From a bacterium (GTDB lineage: Bacteria > Bacteroidota > Ignavibacteria > UBA10030): a stretch of 64,000 nucleotides of DNA. The stretch lies in NCBI GenBank assembly GCA_043803945.1, contig JAZDJN010000064.1, forward strand, positions 1-64,000, in the 5' to 3' direction. Position numbers and translations under genes: made by a program. Within the stretch, counting starts at the first letter, position 1; each line of letters starts with the position of its first letter. Of this stretch, positions 29,947 to 41,263 are shown one piece after another. The notes beneath the pieces are model-generated. The model was not told the origin of the DNA and did no database searches. It was given only the letters and a program-made list of their open reading frames with translations.

Positions 29947-30792
29947 TTATGGGCGCTTCGCGAATTCCCATGCCAGCATGGCCCGTTTCCGGAAGTGCCC
30001 CCAGCGATAATTTCCGATAATACCCGACTGCCGGATAACGCGGTGACATGGTACAATGTATGAAATTGGATTGGCGCCGACAGCATTTCCTACCGCACGT
30101 GATGCCGAGGGCTTGCCAATTGAGCGGGCAACATCCTCATAGGTTACGATCGAGCCTTGTGGAATTCTCAGCAATGCCTCCCATACTTTAATCTGAAAAT
30201 TTGTCCCCATTAAAAAGAGTTTGAGCGGCCGGTGTGTTTTGTTGCCGGAGGGAGAAAAAATTGAGTCGGCATAACGCTTTGTCAACACTGTATTCTCCTT
30301 CACGTCTGCCTGCTTCCAGTACGACTTGAGAATATCAACCATTTCACGCTTCTTTTCATCTGAGACAAAATAGAGATTGCTGATGCCCCGCTCGGTTGTC
30401 GCAAGCAGGCATTGGCCGAAGGGTGTCGCATGGAATCCAAACTGAACTGTGAGCCCCGACCCTGCGGATTTATACTCACCCGGTGTTACCGCGTCGACCG
30501 AAACAAATAGATCATGCAGCCTGCCGGTGCTTGAGAGGCCGGTTTCGTATGCGGCGTCGAGGACACTGTTCGATTCTGCAAGAATCTCCTTCGCATGTTG
30601 AATAGTCAGAAACTGCATAAACTGCTTCGGTGTGATTCCGGCCCACCGTTTGAAGAGCCGCTGAAAATGGAATTCACTGAGGTGGACATGATCGGCAATT
30701 TCTTTCAGGTCCGGTTTTCGCTGGTATTCTTCTTCAATAAAACGAATTGCCTGTTCGATGCGTTGATAATCGATTATTTGTTTCTCACTCAT
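29947..30792 (-). CDS. AraC-HTH / methylated-DNA-protein-cysteine methyltransferase (Ada-like)
   Basis: HFQRLFKRWAGITPKQF, GTNFQIKVW, VPCHRVI. Confidence 0.92.
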   Translation of the reverse strand: MSEKQIIDYQRIEQAIRFIEEEYQRKPDLKEIADHVHLSEFHFQRLFKRWAGITPKQFMQFLTIQHAKEILAESNSVLDAAYETGLSSTGRLHDLFVSVDAVTPGEYKSAGSGLTVQFGFHATPFGQCLLATTERGISNLYFVSDEKKREMVDILKSYWKQADVKENTVLTKRYADSIFSPSGNKTHRPLKLFLMGTNFQIKVWEALLRIPQGSIVTYEDVARSIGKPSASRAVGNAVGANPISYIVPCHRVIRQSGIIGNYRWGHFRKRAMLAWEFAKRP

Positions 30793-31268
30793 TGAAATCC
30801 TCAGTGCTTTATTCTTATTCTGTTTTTCTCACCTCAATATAGCAATTTACGATTGATGACAACACCCGATTCTTGCGGAGTTTGAAAGCAGATAAGAAGT
30901 AAGACGAGAGAGGTGAGATGGCAAGGTTACAGACCATACATGCTGGGAGGGAGCTCTGCTCCCGACCCAAAAGTGTGCTTGATGTTGAAATGGAATATAC
31001 TTGATTAGGAAAAAGTGTTCTAACCATGGAGAATTCTATCAGGGTGCTGAAAAACCAATCATCAATGAAGGATTGAACCGCCCCCGATGAATCGGGGCCA
31101 AGGACACCAAGAGATCTCTTTAAATCTGATTGAAAATATAATATAAATATCATTTTGGTGTACTTGGCGGTTTTCTTTTTCAGCAACCTGCTAGAGGGCA
31201 TTAACAACACAAGGTTTTTTTTGGAATAACAATAGACAAGTAATGCTGCTGGAGAAATGATCTTCAGC

Positions 31269-31826
31269 CTACAGCACCAGATCAAATTGCCCCTGAGAAA
31301 TTTCCACGGTGTGTTCCGGAGAAGAGTAAAGACATTGCAGTGCTCCGGAAATTTTAAGATTGCCATCGACATCGTTCTCGTTCCTCAATGCCACAGACCG
31401 TGAGACCGGGCGAAGCTCGATGATCCGATTCTCCAGAGCACTCCGTGATGCATAATGGCCCTCTTCGTCGACACCGGAGAAGGAGAAGGAATAATCCTCT
31501 ATTGACTTAGATTGACGCGGGGCAGAAGAGCGAAACCGGAGTGCACAATTTGTTAGTACAAGCGTTCCGGGCTCCGCTGAAAAATTTTGGACGATAAGCT
31601 GAAGATCGATGGTTTCCGTGTTCACTTCAGGATTACCGGCACCCAGCACGATCTTCATATTTTCGCTTCGTTCAAGCGATACCGATCGAATAGGAAGCTC
31701 CCGCGATTTCCCGTTGACTGCCAGCATGATGGTCCCTACAGGCGATTGTTCGTCACCAGCATTCCACCATGAAGTCAAGTCCATCCGTACTGAAAAATGG
31801 AGTTGCATATCTTCCTTTGCCTGCAT
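31269..31826 (-). CDS. Hypothetical protein (start uncertain)
   Basis: 185-aa ORF with beta-rich composition and a terminal GQFDL; no family recognised. Confidence 0.4.
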   Translation of the reverse strand: MQAKEDMQLHFSVRMDLTSWWNAGDEQSPVGTIMLAVNGKSRELPIRSVSLERSENMKIVLGAGNPEVNTETIDLQLIVQNFSAEPGTLVLTNCALRFRSSAPRQSKSIEDYSFSFSGVDEEGHYASRSALENRIIELRPVSRSVALRNENDVDGNLKISGALQCLYSSPEHTVEISQGQFDLVL

Positions 31827-32474
31827 CCTTGAAATGTCTTCCGATTCCGCCCAACCGGAATACCGTGGAGAATACTGTTTGCCAGGTTCTTCTGTAAAGA
31901 AATCCTGTGCTTGTAGTTAGACCAATAATTGGAGTGTTTGTTCCATCCCCAGTACTCACAAATCACCTTTGCTTTGGTAATCAGGATTATCCTGGAGAAT
32001 GATTGACCACAGATGAATCAGCTCGGTGTTCATCAGTGATAATCTGTGTCAATCCGTGGTCCATGTATCCTCAATCTGTATGCCACATGCTGGGCATAAT
32101 AGAACACAAGATATATAGGGTTATCTCTATCTGGTATGATTGGTATTCTGGACAAGGTGTTCCTTAACGAAGACAGATTATTGGAAAGCGCAGTCCTCGA
32201 TAAGCCCATTTTATATTCAAATCCTGGCTATTTCATACTCAATTCTGGTGAGACGCGTCCGCAGTCTTCCCATTCTTACATAAAGACTCTTAAGCCGAGA
32301 ACCATCTTACGCTATCTGCCCAGTGTAAAATACTCCTTTTCGGTTTTACAACGTGACACAGTCTGCGAAGCGAACTCATTACCACGCACCGGCTTGTATT
32401 GAATTCTTTCCCAATTCTCCTTATTCTGCTCCCTGTAGTATTGATGATTTGAAAAATAAAGGGTTTCCGGTGCT

Positions 32475-33284
32475 ATGAACTACGATGTCATCGATTTTGA
32501 GCAGGATGTACTGAAACGGAGTTATGAAATCCCCGTGCTTGTAGATTTTTGGGCTGAATGGTGCGGGCCATGCAAGGTGCTCAGCCCCGTGCTGGAAAAA
32601 CTTGCGGAGGCAAGCGACGGAAAGTGGGCCCTCGCCAAGGTGAATACCGAACAGCATGTCGAATTAACCCGGCAGTCCGGCATCCGCAGTATTCCGACCG
32701 TGAATCTCTTTGTCGATGGAAAAGTGACCGATATGTTTGTCGGCGCTTTATCTGAAGTTCAGATCCAGAGTTGGCTTCGATTGGCAATCCCGAGCAAGTA
32801 CCGCAAAATTGTCGAACAGGCTGAGCGGCTAATCCAGGATGGCAACCTGGAAGAATCCCAAACGCTTATCGAACGGGTGCTTCAGGAAGAACCGGACAAT
32901 GCACGGGCAAAGGTGCTGCTGGCACGGAGCATCCTTTTCAATAAACCCGAGAAAGCAGTTCAGTTGGTGGAAGACGCCCATGATCCTCAGTCGATGGAAT
33001 TAATCGAAGCAATTAAAACCGCGGCAAAAGTACGGGAGACATTGGATACTGCGTATGCCTTGCCTCAGAAGGAAGTACGATCTCTCTATGTTGACGCCCT
33101 TGATTGTTTTCTCAAGCAGGAATTCGATCAGGCACTGTTGAAGTTCATCGAGGTGATCAGAACCGATCGTTACTACGAAGATGATGGTGCACGAAAGGCG
33201 TGTATTGCAATCTTTAAAATTCTTGGCGACGACCACGAAATCACACTAAGGCACCGGCGGGATTTTAGCAGCGCTCTATATTAA
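32475..33284 (+). CDS. Thioredoxin with TPR domain (YbbN/CnoX-like)
   Basis: VDFWAEWCGPC followed by TPR helices and terminal RRDFSSALY. Confidence 0.9.
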   Translation: MNYDVIDFEQDVLKRSYEIPVLVDFWAEWCGPCKVLSPVLEKLAEASDGKWALAKVNTEQHVELTRQSGIRSIPTVNLFVDGKVTDMFVGALSEVQIQSWLRLAIPSKYRKIVEQAERLIQDGNLEESQTLIERVLQEEPDNARAKVLLARSILFNKPEKAVQLVEDAHDPQSMELIEAIKTAAKVRETLDTAYALPQKEVRSLYVDALDCFLKQEFDQALLKFIEVIRTDRYYEDDGARKACIAIFKILGDDHEITLRHRRDFSSALY

Positions 33285-33467
33285 AGCATTCAATTACTTT
33301 ATTCCTGGTCGATCTTCGTGGCACTTCGTGAAAGGCTGTTAAAAGCGTTACACGAAGGTACACGAAGGAAAGAAACTTCGTGGTTCCAATGTACATCAAA
33401 ACCTGGTATTGGTACCCGTGGACATGCTGTCCTATCTTGCCAATCTGAAAAGGTGGTACAAATTCGA

Positions 33468-36400
33468 ATGCCAGACCCACTCCGAAAAGATATCGAGATC
33501 CCTCGTTCCGATGAGACCATTGTTGAAGCATCGGCAGGGTCTGGTAAAACAACGGCCCTGACAGAGCGGCTGGCTCAGTTCCTTCTCTCCCATTCAATCC
33601 CGCACAACAAGCTGCAAAACATTCTTGCCATTACGTTCACCAATAATGCTGCACGCGAGATGAAAGAGCGTGTATTGCAACTTCTCAAAAAAGCTGCGCT
33701 CGGCGATGAAACAACGCTCAACCGATTTTCCGATCTGCTGACACTCGATCGCGGCCTCATTCAGCGCCAGGCAGAACTGCGTGTCGATGAAATTCTGAAT
33801 AACTACTCCGATTTTCAAATACTCACTATCGACAGCTTCCTTGCAAGAATTTTCAAATCAACTGCTGTTCAATTCGGCTTTCCCCCTGACTTTGAAATTG
33901 TTCTTGACAGCCGTTCATTACTCAACGAGGGGTTGCAATTGTTTGCCCGTGATATCACACAAGGGGCGTCAACCACTGAACTGCTCAATCAGCTTATTGC
34001 CCTGCTGCTTGAGGGACGCAGTGCCTCGGAGCGGTACCTCTGGAATCCTTTTGATGATATTTCAAGAAAAGTACGCGACCTCTATGCAAAAACTGTTTTG
34101 TATTCAAAGCCTCTTGTGGTTGAAGATTTCTCAGATGAAATCCGGCAAGAAAGTCAGCGCCTCATACGATTGGTGCTGGAACTGGATATGATGGTTGAAC
34201 AATCTGGATTACCACGGCAAGCGCGTTTTGAGAAGTATGTCGCTGAAGCACGCATGAGCGACGCTCAGCGGCTGCTTGATCTCCAGATGCCATCGCCTCC
34301 CACCAAAAAATCCAAAAGCAGTTTGTACGAATCCTGGTTGATAACGATCGAACCTCTGTGTGACACGATTGTTGAACTCCGCAGCCGCCTGATCATGCTG
34401 AAAGCCCGACAGCATTTCCAGCCCTATGCCCGTTCCCTAGAATTGCTCCAACAAAGCCTTGAGAGCCTCAAGCGTCAACACGGGATAATCGATATTGCCG
34501 ATATCTCAAAGCGGCTTGCTGCATTTTTAACCCGCGAGATTATTCCCGAAATTTACTACGGCCTTGGCGACCTCATTCACCATTATTTAATCGATGAGTT
34601 TCAGGACACCAATCCGATTCAATGGGAGAACCTGTATCCGCTCATTGACAATGCACTGTCGCAGGGTGGAAGCATATTTATCGTCGGCGATATGAAACAA
34701 TCGATTTATGGATTCCGCGGCGCCGATTGGAAAATCATGCGCAAACTCATTCAAACGAATGTGTTTCCCTCTGCACACAAAACTGTTGCTCAGTTGACCG
34801 AGAATTATCGAAGCTATCAAAGAATCCTCGACTTTACTCAAACTGTATTCAAGGAGATTGTGCCAACACAGGTTGACCCTGAGGCCGCTGATGCAAGCGG
34901 TTTGAAAAGTTACATTCAGGTTCCCATAGAAAAATTCAAGGGGAAGGGATATGTCGAACTGGAGTTTTTTGAGAAGGATACAGCAGAGAACACTCTTCCT
35001 GAAAAAAAGAAGCTGCTGGATATTATCAGCTCATGTGTGCGTCGCGGATATCGATGCCGCGATATTGCGATTCTTACACCCAAAAACCAAACCGTGATTA
35101 CCGTGAGCGGTTGGCTGAACGAACAAAATATCGCCTTTGTTTCCCACAGCAGCCTCGATGTCAGAAACCGGAAGAGTGTCGGCGAATTGCTTGCCCTTCT
35201 GCACTTTTTAGATTCCCCAATCGACGACCTTTCCTTCTCGACCTTCATCCTTGGAGACTTATTCGGTGCACTTCTTGCCTCTGAAGAATCCCCGGTCAAC
35301 ACTGCGGTACTACGCGACCTGATAGTTCATCACCGGACGAGCCGGAGTTCCGATTCAGCGCTCTATACTGTGTTCCGGTCTCAGCATTCCGATCTCTGGG
35401 CCCGGTACTTCGATCAGCTTTTTTCTCTTACCGGTTATGTACCGCTGTACGATCTTGTGTCCGAAATGATCAAACACCTCCGTGTGTTCGACATCCTCCC
35501 GGAGGAAGAAGCCGCCATTGTCAAATTGCTGGAGGTCATCAGGCCCTTCGAAGAGACAGGAGAGAACAGCCTGAAGGGTTTCCTCCGGTTCGCCGACGAG
35601 GCATCAGACCAGAGCGATTGGGATATTGCCATTCCGCTTGATGTCCATGCCGTTACCGTGATGACGCTCCACAAGGCAAAGGGCCTCGGATTCCCCGTTG
35701 TTATTGTACTTCTCTACGACAGCCGGCCGCGCAGCGATGGTTACACATTCATCGATGAGGGCGATGGCATGCATATCGTTCATCTCACACAAGATATTGC
35801 TAAACATGTGGCGGAGCTGCGCCCCTGGCTAAAGGAAAAAGAGCTGAACGCTGCGGTCGATGAGTTGAACAAGCTCTATGTTGCTCTGACCCGCGCCCGA
35901 GAAGAGATGTATATCCTCAGTGTGAAGAATGATCGATCAACAGAACCTTCGTCGTTCCTGCCAACGACAGGATTTGAACCCGGAACACCTCCCCGGGTGT
36001 CCGCTCAGGAACAACCGGCAGAACCTTGCGCTCGTTCGTTCCATCATAATCAACCGGCCATGAAACAAAGTGTTGAATACCAGAAGATCGGCCTGCGGGA
36101 AGTCGAGCGAGGTGAGCTTATTCATCTGATGCTTTCCCGCATCAATGCTTTGGACAATGATCTTCACCGCCAACTGTTCTCATTGATAGAACAATGTTCT
36201 ATCGAATCACGAAGCGTGTTCGATCAAACAGCCCTGCTTGAAACATTACTGCGGTTCCTCTCCAATCCGGAGGTGAACGTATTCTTCACTATGCAGCCGG
36301 GCCGGACAATATTGAACGAGCACGAGTTTGTAACCCGGGAAGGACGGCTGCAGCGAATGGATCGAGTCATCCTCGACACGGACAGAATAATCGTTATCGA

Positions 36401-36542
36401 CTATAAAACAGGGGACGAGAACCCGGAGTATCACGAACAGGTGCGGGGTTATATGAACATCCTGAAGGAGGTGTACCCCGGAAAACAGGTTATCGGCTTC
36501 CTTGCCTATGTCGATCGTAACGTGCTGAGGGCTGTGGTATGA
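33468..36542 (+). CDS. addA: UvrD-type helicase/nuclease, AddA-like
   Basis: EASAGSGKT, AITFTNNAA, IDEFQDT, GDMKQSIYGFRG, TLHKAKGL, LYVALTRA, and a C-terminal RMDR..IDYKTG nuclease. Confidence 0.85.
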   Translation: MPDPLRKDIEIPRSDETIVEASAGSGKTTALTERLAQFLLSHSIPHNKLQNILAITFTNNAAREMKERVLQLLKKAALGDETTLNRFSDLLTLDRGLIQRQAELRVDEILNNYSDFQILTIDSFLARIFKSTAVQFGFPPDFEIVLDSRSLLNEGLQLFARDITQGASTTELLNQLIALLLEGRSASERYLWNPFDDISRKVRDLYAKTVLYSKPLVVEDFSDEIRQESQRLIRLVLELDMMVEQSGLPRQARFEKYVAEARMSDAQRLLDLQMPSPPTKKSKSSLYESWLITIEPLCDTIVELRSRLIMLKARQHFQPYARSLELLQQSLESLKRQHGIIDIADISKRLAAFLTREIIPEIYYGLGDLIHHYLIDEFQDTNPIQWENLYPLIDNALSQGGSIFIVGDMKQSIYGFRGADWKIMRKLIQTNVFPSAHKTVAQLTENYRSYQRILDFTQTVFKEIVPTQVDPEAADASGLKSYIQVPIEKFKGKGYVELEFFEKDTAENTLPEKKKLLDIISSCVRRGYRCRDIAILTPKNQTVITVSGWLNEQNIAFVSHSSLDVRNRKSVGELLALLHFLDSPIDDLSFSTFILGDLFGALLASEESPVNTAVLRDLIVHHRTSRSSDSALYTVFRSQHSDLWARYFDQLFSLTGYVPLYDLVSEMIKHLRVFDILPEEEAAIVKLLEVIRPFEETGENSLKGFLRFADEASDQSDWDIAIPLDVHAVTVMTLHKAKGLGFPVVIVLLYDSRPRSDGYTFIDEGDGMHIVHLTQDIAKHVAELRPWLKEKELNAAVDELNKLYVALTRAREEMYILSVKNDRSTEPSSFLPTTGFEPGTPPRVSAQEQPAEPCARSFHHNQPAMKQSVEYQKIGLREVERGELIHLMLSRINALDNDLHRQLFSLIEQCSIESRSVFDQTALLETLLRFLSNPEVNVFFTMQPGRTILNEHEFVTREGRLQRMDRVILDTDRIIVIDYKTGDENPEYHEQVRGYMNILKEVYPGKQVIGFLAYVDRNVLRAVV

Positions 36543-39376
36543 GTGCTCTCTCTATTCTATCGCCGCAGCAGAGCTTGATCTCGCATATCGTTTCGATGCT
36601 CGATGGTCAGGGACTGGATTTCAGCCGGCATTGCATTGTCTTTCCCGGAAAGCGTCCGGCACATTTTATCCGGACAACGCTGGCCGGACGACTGCAGTCG
36701 GCATACATTCCGCCTCAGCTCTTTTCCATCGACACCTTTGTTGAACACCTCCTCCGGGAACAACTTGGCGTTCGCAGCACGCCGATCGACAGCCTCGATG
36801 CTACTGCACTGCTTTATGAGATTCACTGCTCTCTGCCGAACCGTATCGGCGGCAGCCATTTCATATCGCTCGATCGTTTCATTCCCATCGGCCTCAAGCT
36901 TTTTGCCGAACTGGAAGAATTGAAGATGGCTGCTGTTTCCGTCTCAAGTATTCTTGGGGCGCTTGGACGTGTACCCTACGGTAACTACCCTTCCCTGCCG
37001 CACTACTATGAGGCATTTTATCGTCAGGTTGCCGATCGTGAATTCACCACCCGTGCAGTTTCCTACGATACGCTCGTACAACGAATTCAGGAAATTGATT
37101 TCTCTCAGTACGGCTCAATTGTTATCGCCGGGTTTTACGCCTTTGCATCCCTCGAAGCACGAATGATAAAAGCACTCTACCGGCTTCCCCAAACGCATCT
37201 CATCTTTCAGGAGGGCCCGGGGCTCCGGCGCCAGCTTGAAGCCCTTGATCTTTCTCCGGACAACGATGGTGTTCCCGAGCAGCAGAATCCGACAGTAAAA
37301 CTTTACAAGGCCGCCGACACACACGGACAGATCTTCGCTTTGAATCAACAGATGAAGGACCTTCTCGATTCAGGAACTCCACTTGATGAAAAAACCGTCA
37401 TTGTGCTTCCAGCGCCCGATGCATTATTTCCGGTCATCCATCAGCCGTTGGCATTGCTGGATGAAAGCCAGTATAATATCTCCATGGGGTACCCGCTTGA
37501 GCGAACTCCGCTCTTCGGATTTCTCACCAGCCTGATGAACGTTGTTCTCTCCATGCAGAACGGCAAAGTCAGTGCGGCAAGTTACATGGCTTTTGCCTTG
37601 CATCCTTATACCAAGAATATTCGTTTTGGTACACGCTCGGATGTGACGCGTGTACTATTCCACGCGATTGAAGACCATATTGCCGGAATCCGCTCGAAGG
37701 TTCTTCTCTCTCTTGAAGAACTTGAAAACTCCGTCGAGGTCTTTGATCAGGTTTGCCATGCTTTTCCCGCCGACGATTTTAAGTTATTACCGACCGATCT
37801 GAAAGAGCATCTCTTTGCGATACATTCCAGGACGCTCCGAACATTTATGCATCTTGAGAGTGTTGAAGATTTCGCGAACAAGTTGATCGACGTCATCCAG
37901 TATATCAACGACCGGAGCACGGCGCAGCTTCATCCTCTCTTTCACCGGTATGCCGAAAGCTTTCTTACACTCTTTACTTCGATGACAAAATCCCTGTTAC
38001 GGGAGAAGAGGTTTGAGACACCGCATGGCTATGCTCAATTTCTTCAAAGTGCTGTTGCCTCACGTGATGTTCCCTTTCCCGGAACGCCGGTGCATGGCGT
38101 ACAGGTACTCGGTTTGTTAGAAACACGCGGGCTCCATTTCGATCGTGTCTATATGCTCGATGTTTGCGATGACATCATCCCGGGTAATCGCGGCCAGCAC
38201 CTGCTTCTGCCCCAGCCGTTACGTGAGGTGTTGGGCATGGAAACCCATGCCGGCAAGGAGCAGCTTATGGAGTACTATGTTACACTTCTCCTGAACAGCG
38301 CCCGCGAGGTACACCTGTTTTTCACCGAGGATGGACACCATGAGAAAAGCCGATTCATCGAAAAAATTCTCTGGCGCCAGGCGCAGAAGAATAAAAGCCT
38401 GGCCGATGTTCAGCCCGTGAACGTTATCCGGTACAGGATAGACCTCTCAACCCGGATCCCCGCGCCAATTCCAAAATCGGAAACAGTTACCCGGCACCTG
38501 AAGCGCTATCTCTACAATGCAACCGCACTTGATACGTACCTGCGATGCCCGATCCAATTCTATTACCGATATGTACTTCGCCTGAAAGAAAAAGAAGAGG
38601 TCGCTTCCGACATTGAAACGCAGGAGATTGGAACACTTGTTCACGGCATCTTGAAAGAATTATTCTCCCCGACCGTCGGCCGAACACTCCTTGAAAGTGA
38701 TCCTTCTCTCGAACATTTTGAACATCTTGTGGAAGAGCAGTTCTCGGCAACCTATGGGAAGGAGGTTTCAGGGCCGCTTCTCCTAATGAAACAACGGCTG
38801 CACCAACAACTCCTCCAGTTCATCGAACAGTATCAGCGCCCGATGGCTAAGAAGCACAAGATTGTTATAACAGGCGTTGAGCAGATTCTTTCAGCAAGCA
38901 TGGAAGGTTATAACTTTACAGGGCGGGTGGACCGGATCGAAGAGCGGGATGGAAAGCAGATCATTCTCGACTATAAAATTCGTCATGATGATACCCCCTA
39001 TAAAATTCGCGTCGATGCACTCGATGTCGACAGGAGAGAAACCTGGACAAAGGCAATTGGATCTCTGCAGCTTCCCCTCTATGCGTTACTCTACTCGCAA
39101 GCCGCCCAGATTCCCATCGAGAACATTACTCCAGGTTATCTTTTGCTGGGGAAAAACCGGCTCGATACAGAGATCGAGGCATGCATCACAGACGATCCCG
39201 GGGAGCAGACGGAACGGTTGAGGCAGCTCGACATCGTTATTCATGCTCTCCTTGATGAGATTACATCTGAGCAGATTTCGTTTACACCGACCGATGATCT
39301 CCTCGGGAATTGCCCGCAATGCCCCTACTCAACACTCTGTGGAACTCAATGGGTTCATGGGCGAGAGATGGCTTAA
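36539..39376 (+). CDS. addB: PD-(D/E)XK nuclease, AddB-like with Fe-S staple
   Basis: Overlaps the addA stop. QVLGLLETR, LRCP, GRVDRI..LDYK, LQLPLY, CPQCPYSTLC. Confidence 0.82.
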   Translation: MSALSILSPQQSLISHIVSMLDGQGLDFSRHCIVFPGKRPAHFIRTTLAGRLQSAYIPPQLFSIDTFVEHLLREQLGVRSTPIDSLDATALLYEIHCSLPNRIGGSHFISLDRFIPIGLKLFAELEELKMAAVSVSSILGALGRVPYGNYPSLPHYYEAFYRQVADREFTTRAVSYDTLVQRIQEIDFSQYGSIVIAGFYAFASLEARMIKALYRLPQTHLIFQEGPGLRRQLEALDLSPDNDGVPEQQNPTVKLYKAADTHGQIFALNQQMKDLLDSGTPLDEKTVIVLPAPDALFPVIHQPLALLDESQYNISMGYPLERTPLFGFLTSLMNVVLSMQNGKVSAASYMAFALHPYTKNIRFGTRSDVTRVLFHAIEDHIAGIRSKVLLSLEELENSVEVFDQVCHAFPADDFKLLPTDLKEHLFAIHSRTLRTFMHLESVEDFANKLIDVIQYINDRSTAQLHPLFHRYAESFLTLFTSMTKSLLREKRFETPHGYAQFLQSAVASRDVPFPGTPVHGVQVLGLLETRGLHFDRVYMLDVCDDIIPGNRGQHLLLPQPLREVLGMETHAGKEQLMEYYVTLLLNSAREVHLFFTEDGHHEKSRFIEKILWRQAQKNKSLADVQPVNVIRYRIDLSTRIPAPIPKSETVTRHLKRYLYNATALDTYLRCPIQFYYRYVLRLKEKEEVASDIETQEIGTLVHGILKELFSPTVGRTLLESDPSLEHFEHLVEEQFSATYGKEVSGPLLLMKQRLHQQLLQFIEQYQRPMAKKHKIVITGVEQILSASMEGYNFTGRVDRIEERDGKQIILDYKIRHDDTPYKIRVDALDVDRRETWTKAIGSLQLPLYALLYSQAAQIPIENITPGYLLLGKNRLDTEIEACITDDPGEQTERLRQLDIVIHALLDEITSEQISFTPTDDLLGNCPQCPYSTLCGTQWVHGREMA

Positions 39377-39504
39377 ATTATTCTTTTGATTACTGAAATA
39401 GCACATAACAGCATCAGAACTAATAAATCGGATTGACTCTGAATGTTTATTCGCTATCTTATACATGGGTTCCGTAGCGCTCGGAACTTAGTATAGAACG
39501 ACAC

Positions 39505-39915
39505 ATGAGATCCCATAGGCCAAACATATTGATTTCTTCTCTGTTGATCACGGTGTTTACCGTGTTCATCGTTGGTATTCCCGTGGTGATACATTTTTGC
39601 ACTATGATGACCATGGAAAATCCCGTGTGCAAGATGATGCCACCGGAAACTCATGGTGGTCTTTCTGTTATACCTGAAATTCTGAATTGCTGCACGAGCC
39701 ACATTATCGCCGAGAAAAATACCACACCGTATCTTTCTATCGGGCAATTTACAATATTACCCCCGGTACCCCTTCATCCTGTTGCCCAAATAACCAATGA
39801 TACGTATCTTACTTACGGGCAATCTTCATTGTCGGAGGTACTGTGCATTACCCACTCACCACCCTGCAGAGAGGCTCTCTCTCTCTCAATTCTGAATTCT
39901 ACGCTTCTCATTTAA
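39505..39915 (+). CDS. HYC_CC_PP-type small protein preceding the metal efflux operon
   Basis: HFC...CC...HSPP...ILNSTLLI pattern; Met-rich. Confidence 0.6.
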   Translation: MRSHRPNILISSLLITVFTVFIVGIPVVIHFCTMMTMENPVCKMMPPETHGGLSVIPEILNCCTSHIIAEKNTTPYLSIGQFTILPPVPLHPVAQITNDTYLTYGQSSLSEVLCITHSPPCREALSLSILNSTLLI

Positions 39916-39988
39916 GCACTTGTCGCTTCATTGCCCATAGTCGTCCTGTTCTTAAGGACATTCTAACCAGAGAGCTTTTCAAAAAGGA

Positions 39989-41263
39989 GTGAATATGCGA
40001 ATATGCATTTTCTTTTCTCTTGCATTGTTATTGATGCCGATTATGTACGGTCAAGAGCAGAAACGAGAGGAATTACTGGCGCTGATCAACGAAGCGATCC
40101 GGCAAAATCCTGAAATTGCCGCAGAACTATCGCGGGTAGCGATGCTGGCGGCGCGGATACCCCAAGCTAGTGCTCTCGCTGATCCTGAATTCACATTCAA
40201 GCAAATGGAGTTCCCGGGGCTGCGATTGAGTGGAGCGATGTATCAGAATTTTGAACTCATGCAGATGATCATGTTCCCGACCAAGCTCTCGACGCGAAAA
40301 GACCTTGCCTTTGTGGCAGCGAAAAGTGCACAATGGGGACACACAGCGAAGACGGTTGAAATCATAGCCCGGGTACGGTCGGCATACGCCATGGTATGGG
40401 GCGTACGGACACAGTTGACCATCAACCTTGAGAACCAGCAATTGCTGGAACAGATACTCCGTACCGCACAAACTCAATATTCTGTCGGACAGGCCTCGCA
40501 GCAGGATGTGTTAAAAACAAGCGTGGAACTCGCTAAAGCACGTTCTGATGAAGCTTTTCTCCGCCAGGAAATTATGGGATCTGAAAGCATGCTGCGTGCC
40601 ATTCTCAACAGGCCCCACTCTAGTGCTATCGGATTGATTACACTTGACGCTTTTCTGCCAATTCATCACTCCGTTGATGCATTACTCCGATATGCCTATG
40701 TCCAGCATCCAATGTTATCACAGGATTCTCTCAGCGTCGTTGGGAGTGATCTTATGGTAAGCATGGCGCGTCAGGAATACATACCCGATTTCAAGATCTC
40801 CGTGGAACGAGTCACGCAGCCAATGATCGGCATGAACTCGTGGTCTGTCATGGCAGGTATTACACTTCCGTTCGCTCCATGGTCACTCGCAAAAACTTCT
40901 GCCCGTGTGCAGGAAGCTCGAGCGGATCGTTCGATGCGTCAATCGATGCTGCAGGCAAATCGAACCATGGTTGAAGCAAGTATTCGTGAATCGTTTGCCC
41001 GTGTAAAGGCTTATGAAACTCAGGTTCAATCCTTTGATCAAACAATTTTACCGCAATCCAGGCAATCGCTTTTATCGTCCCTCGGAGAATACCAGGGCGG
41101 ACGCACATCCTACCTCATGCTCCTGGATGCCTTTCGGATGAATCAAGAGATGAGAATGGAAGCGGTTATGACTCGAATGAATTACGAAAAAGAATATGCC
41201 AATTTGCAGCGGCAGGTTGGCGTTGTCGATATCAAAGAGATTTCCTTAGAGGAGACACGATAA
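39989..41263 (+). CDS. TolC-family outer-membrane efflux protein (CusC-like)
   Basis: Signal peptide, NPEI, YIPDF, Y..GRTSYLMLLDA; first gene of an RND triad. Confidence 0.88.
   Translation: MNMRICIFFSLALLLMPIMYGQEQKREELLALINEAIRQNPEIAAELSRVAMLAARIPQASALADPEFTFKQMEFPGLRLSGAMYQNFELMQMIMFPTKLSTRKDLAFVAAKSAQWGHTAKTVEIIARVRSAYAMVWGVRTQLTINLENQQLLEQILRTAQTQYSVGQASQQDVLKTSVELAKARSDEAFLRQEIMGSESMLRAILNRPHSSAIGLITLDAFLPIHHSVDALLRYAYVQHPMLSQDSLSVVGSDLMVSMARQEYIPDFKISVERVTQPMIGMNSWSVMAGITLPFAPWSLAKTSARVQEARADRSMRQSMLQANRTMVEASIRESFARVKAYETQVQSFDQTILPQSRQSLLSSLGEYQGGRTSYLMLLDAFRMNQEMRMEAVMTRMNYEKEYANLQRQVGVVDIKEISLEETR

Noticed and set aside
30815-31372. 185-aa ORF as a real gene
   Set aside because: It overlaps another ORF, runs through REP-like repeats and has no recognisable motif.
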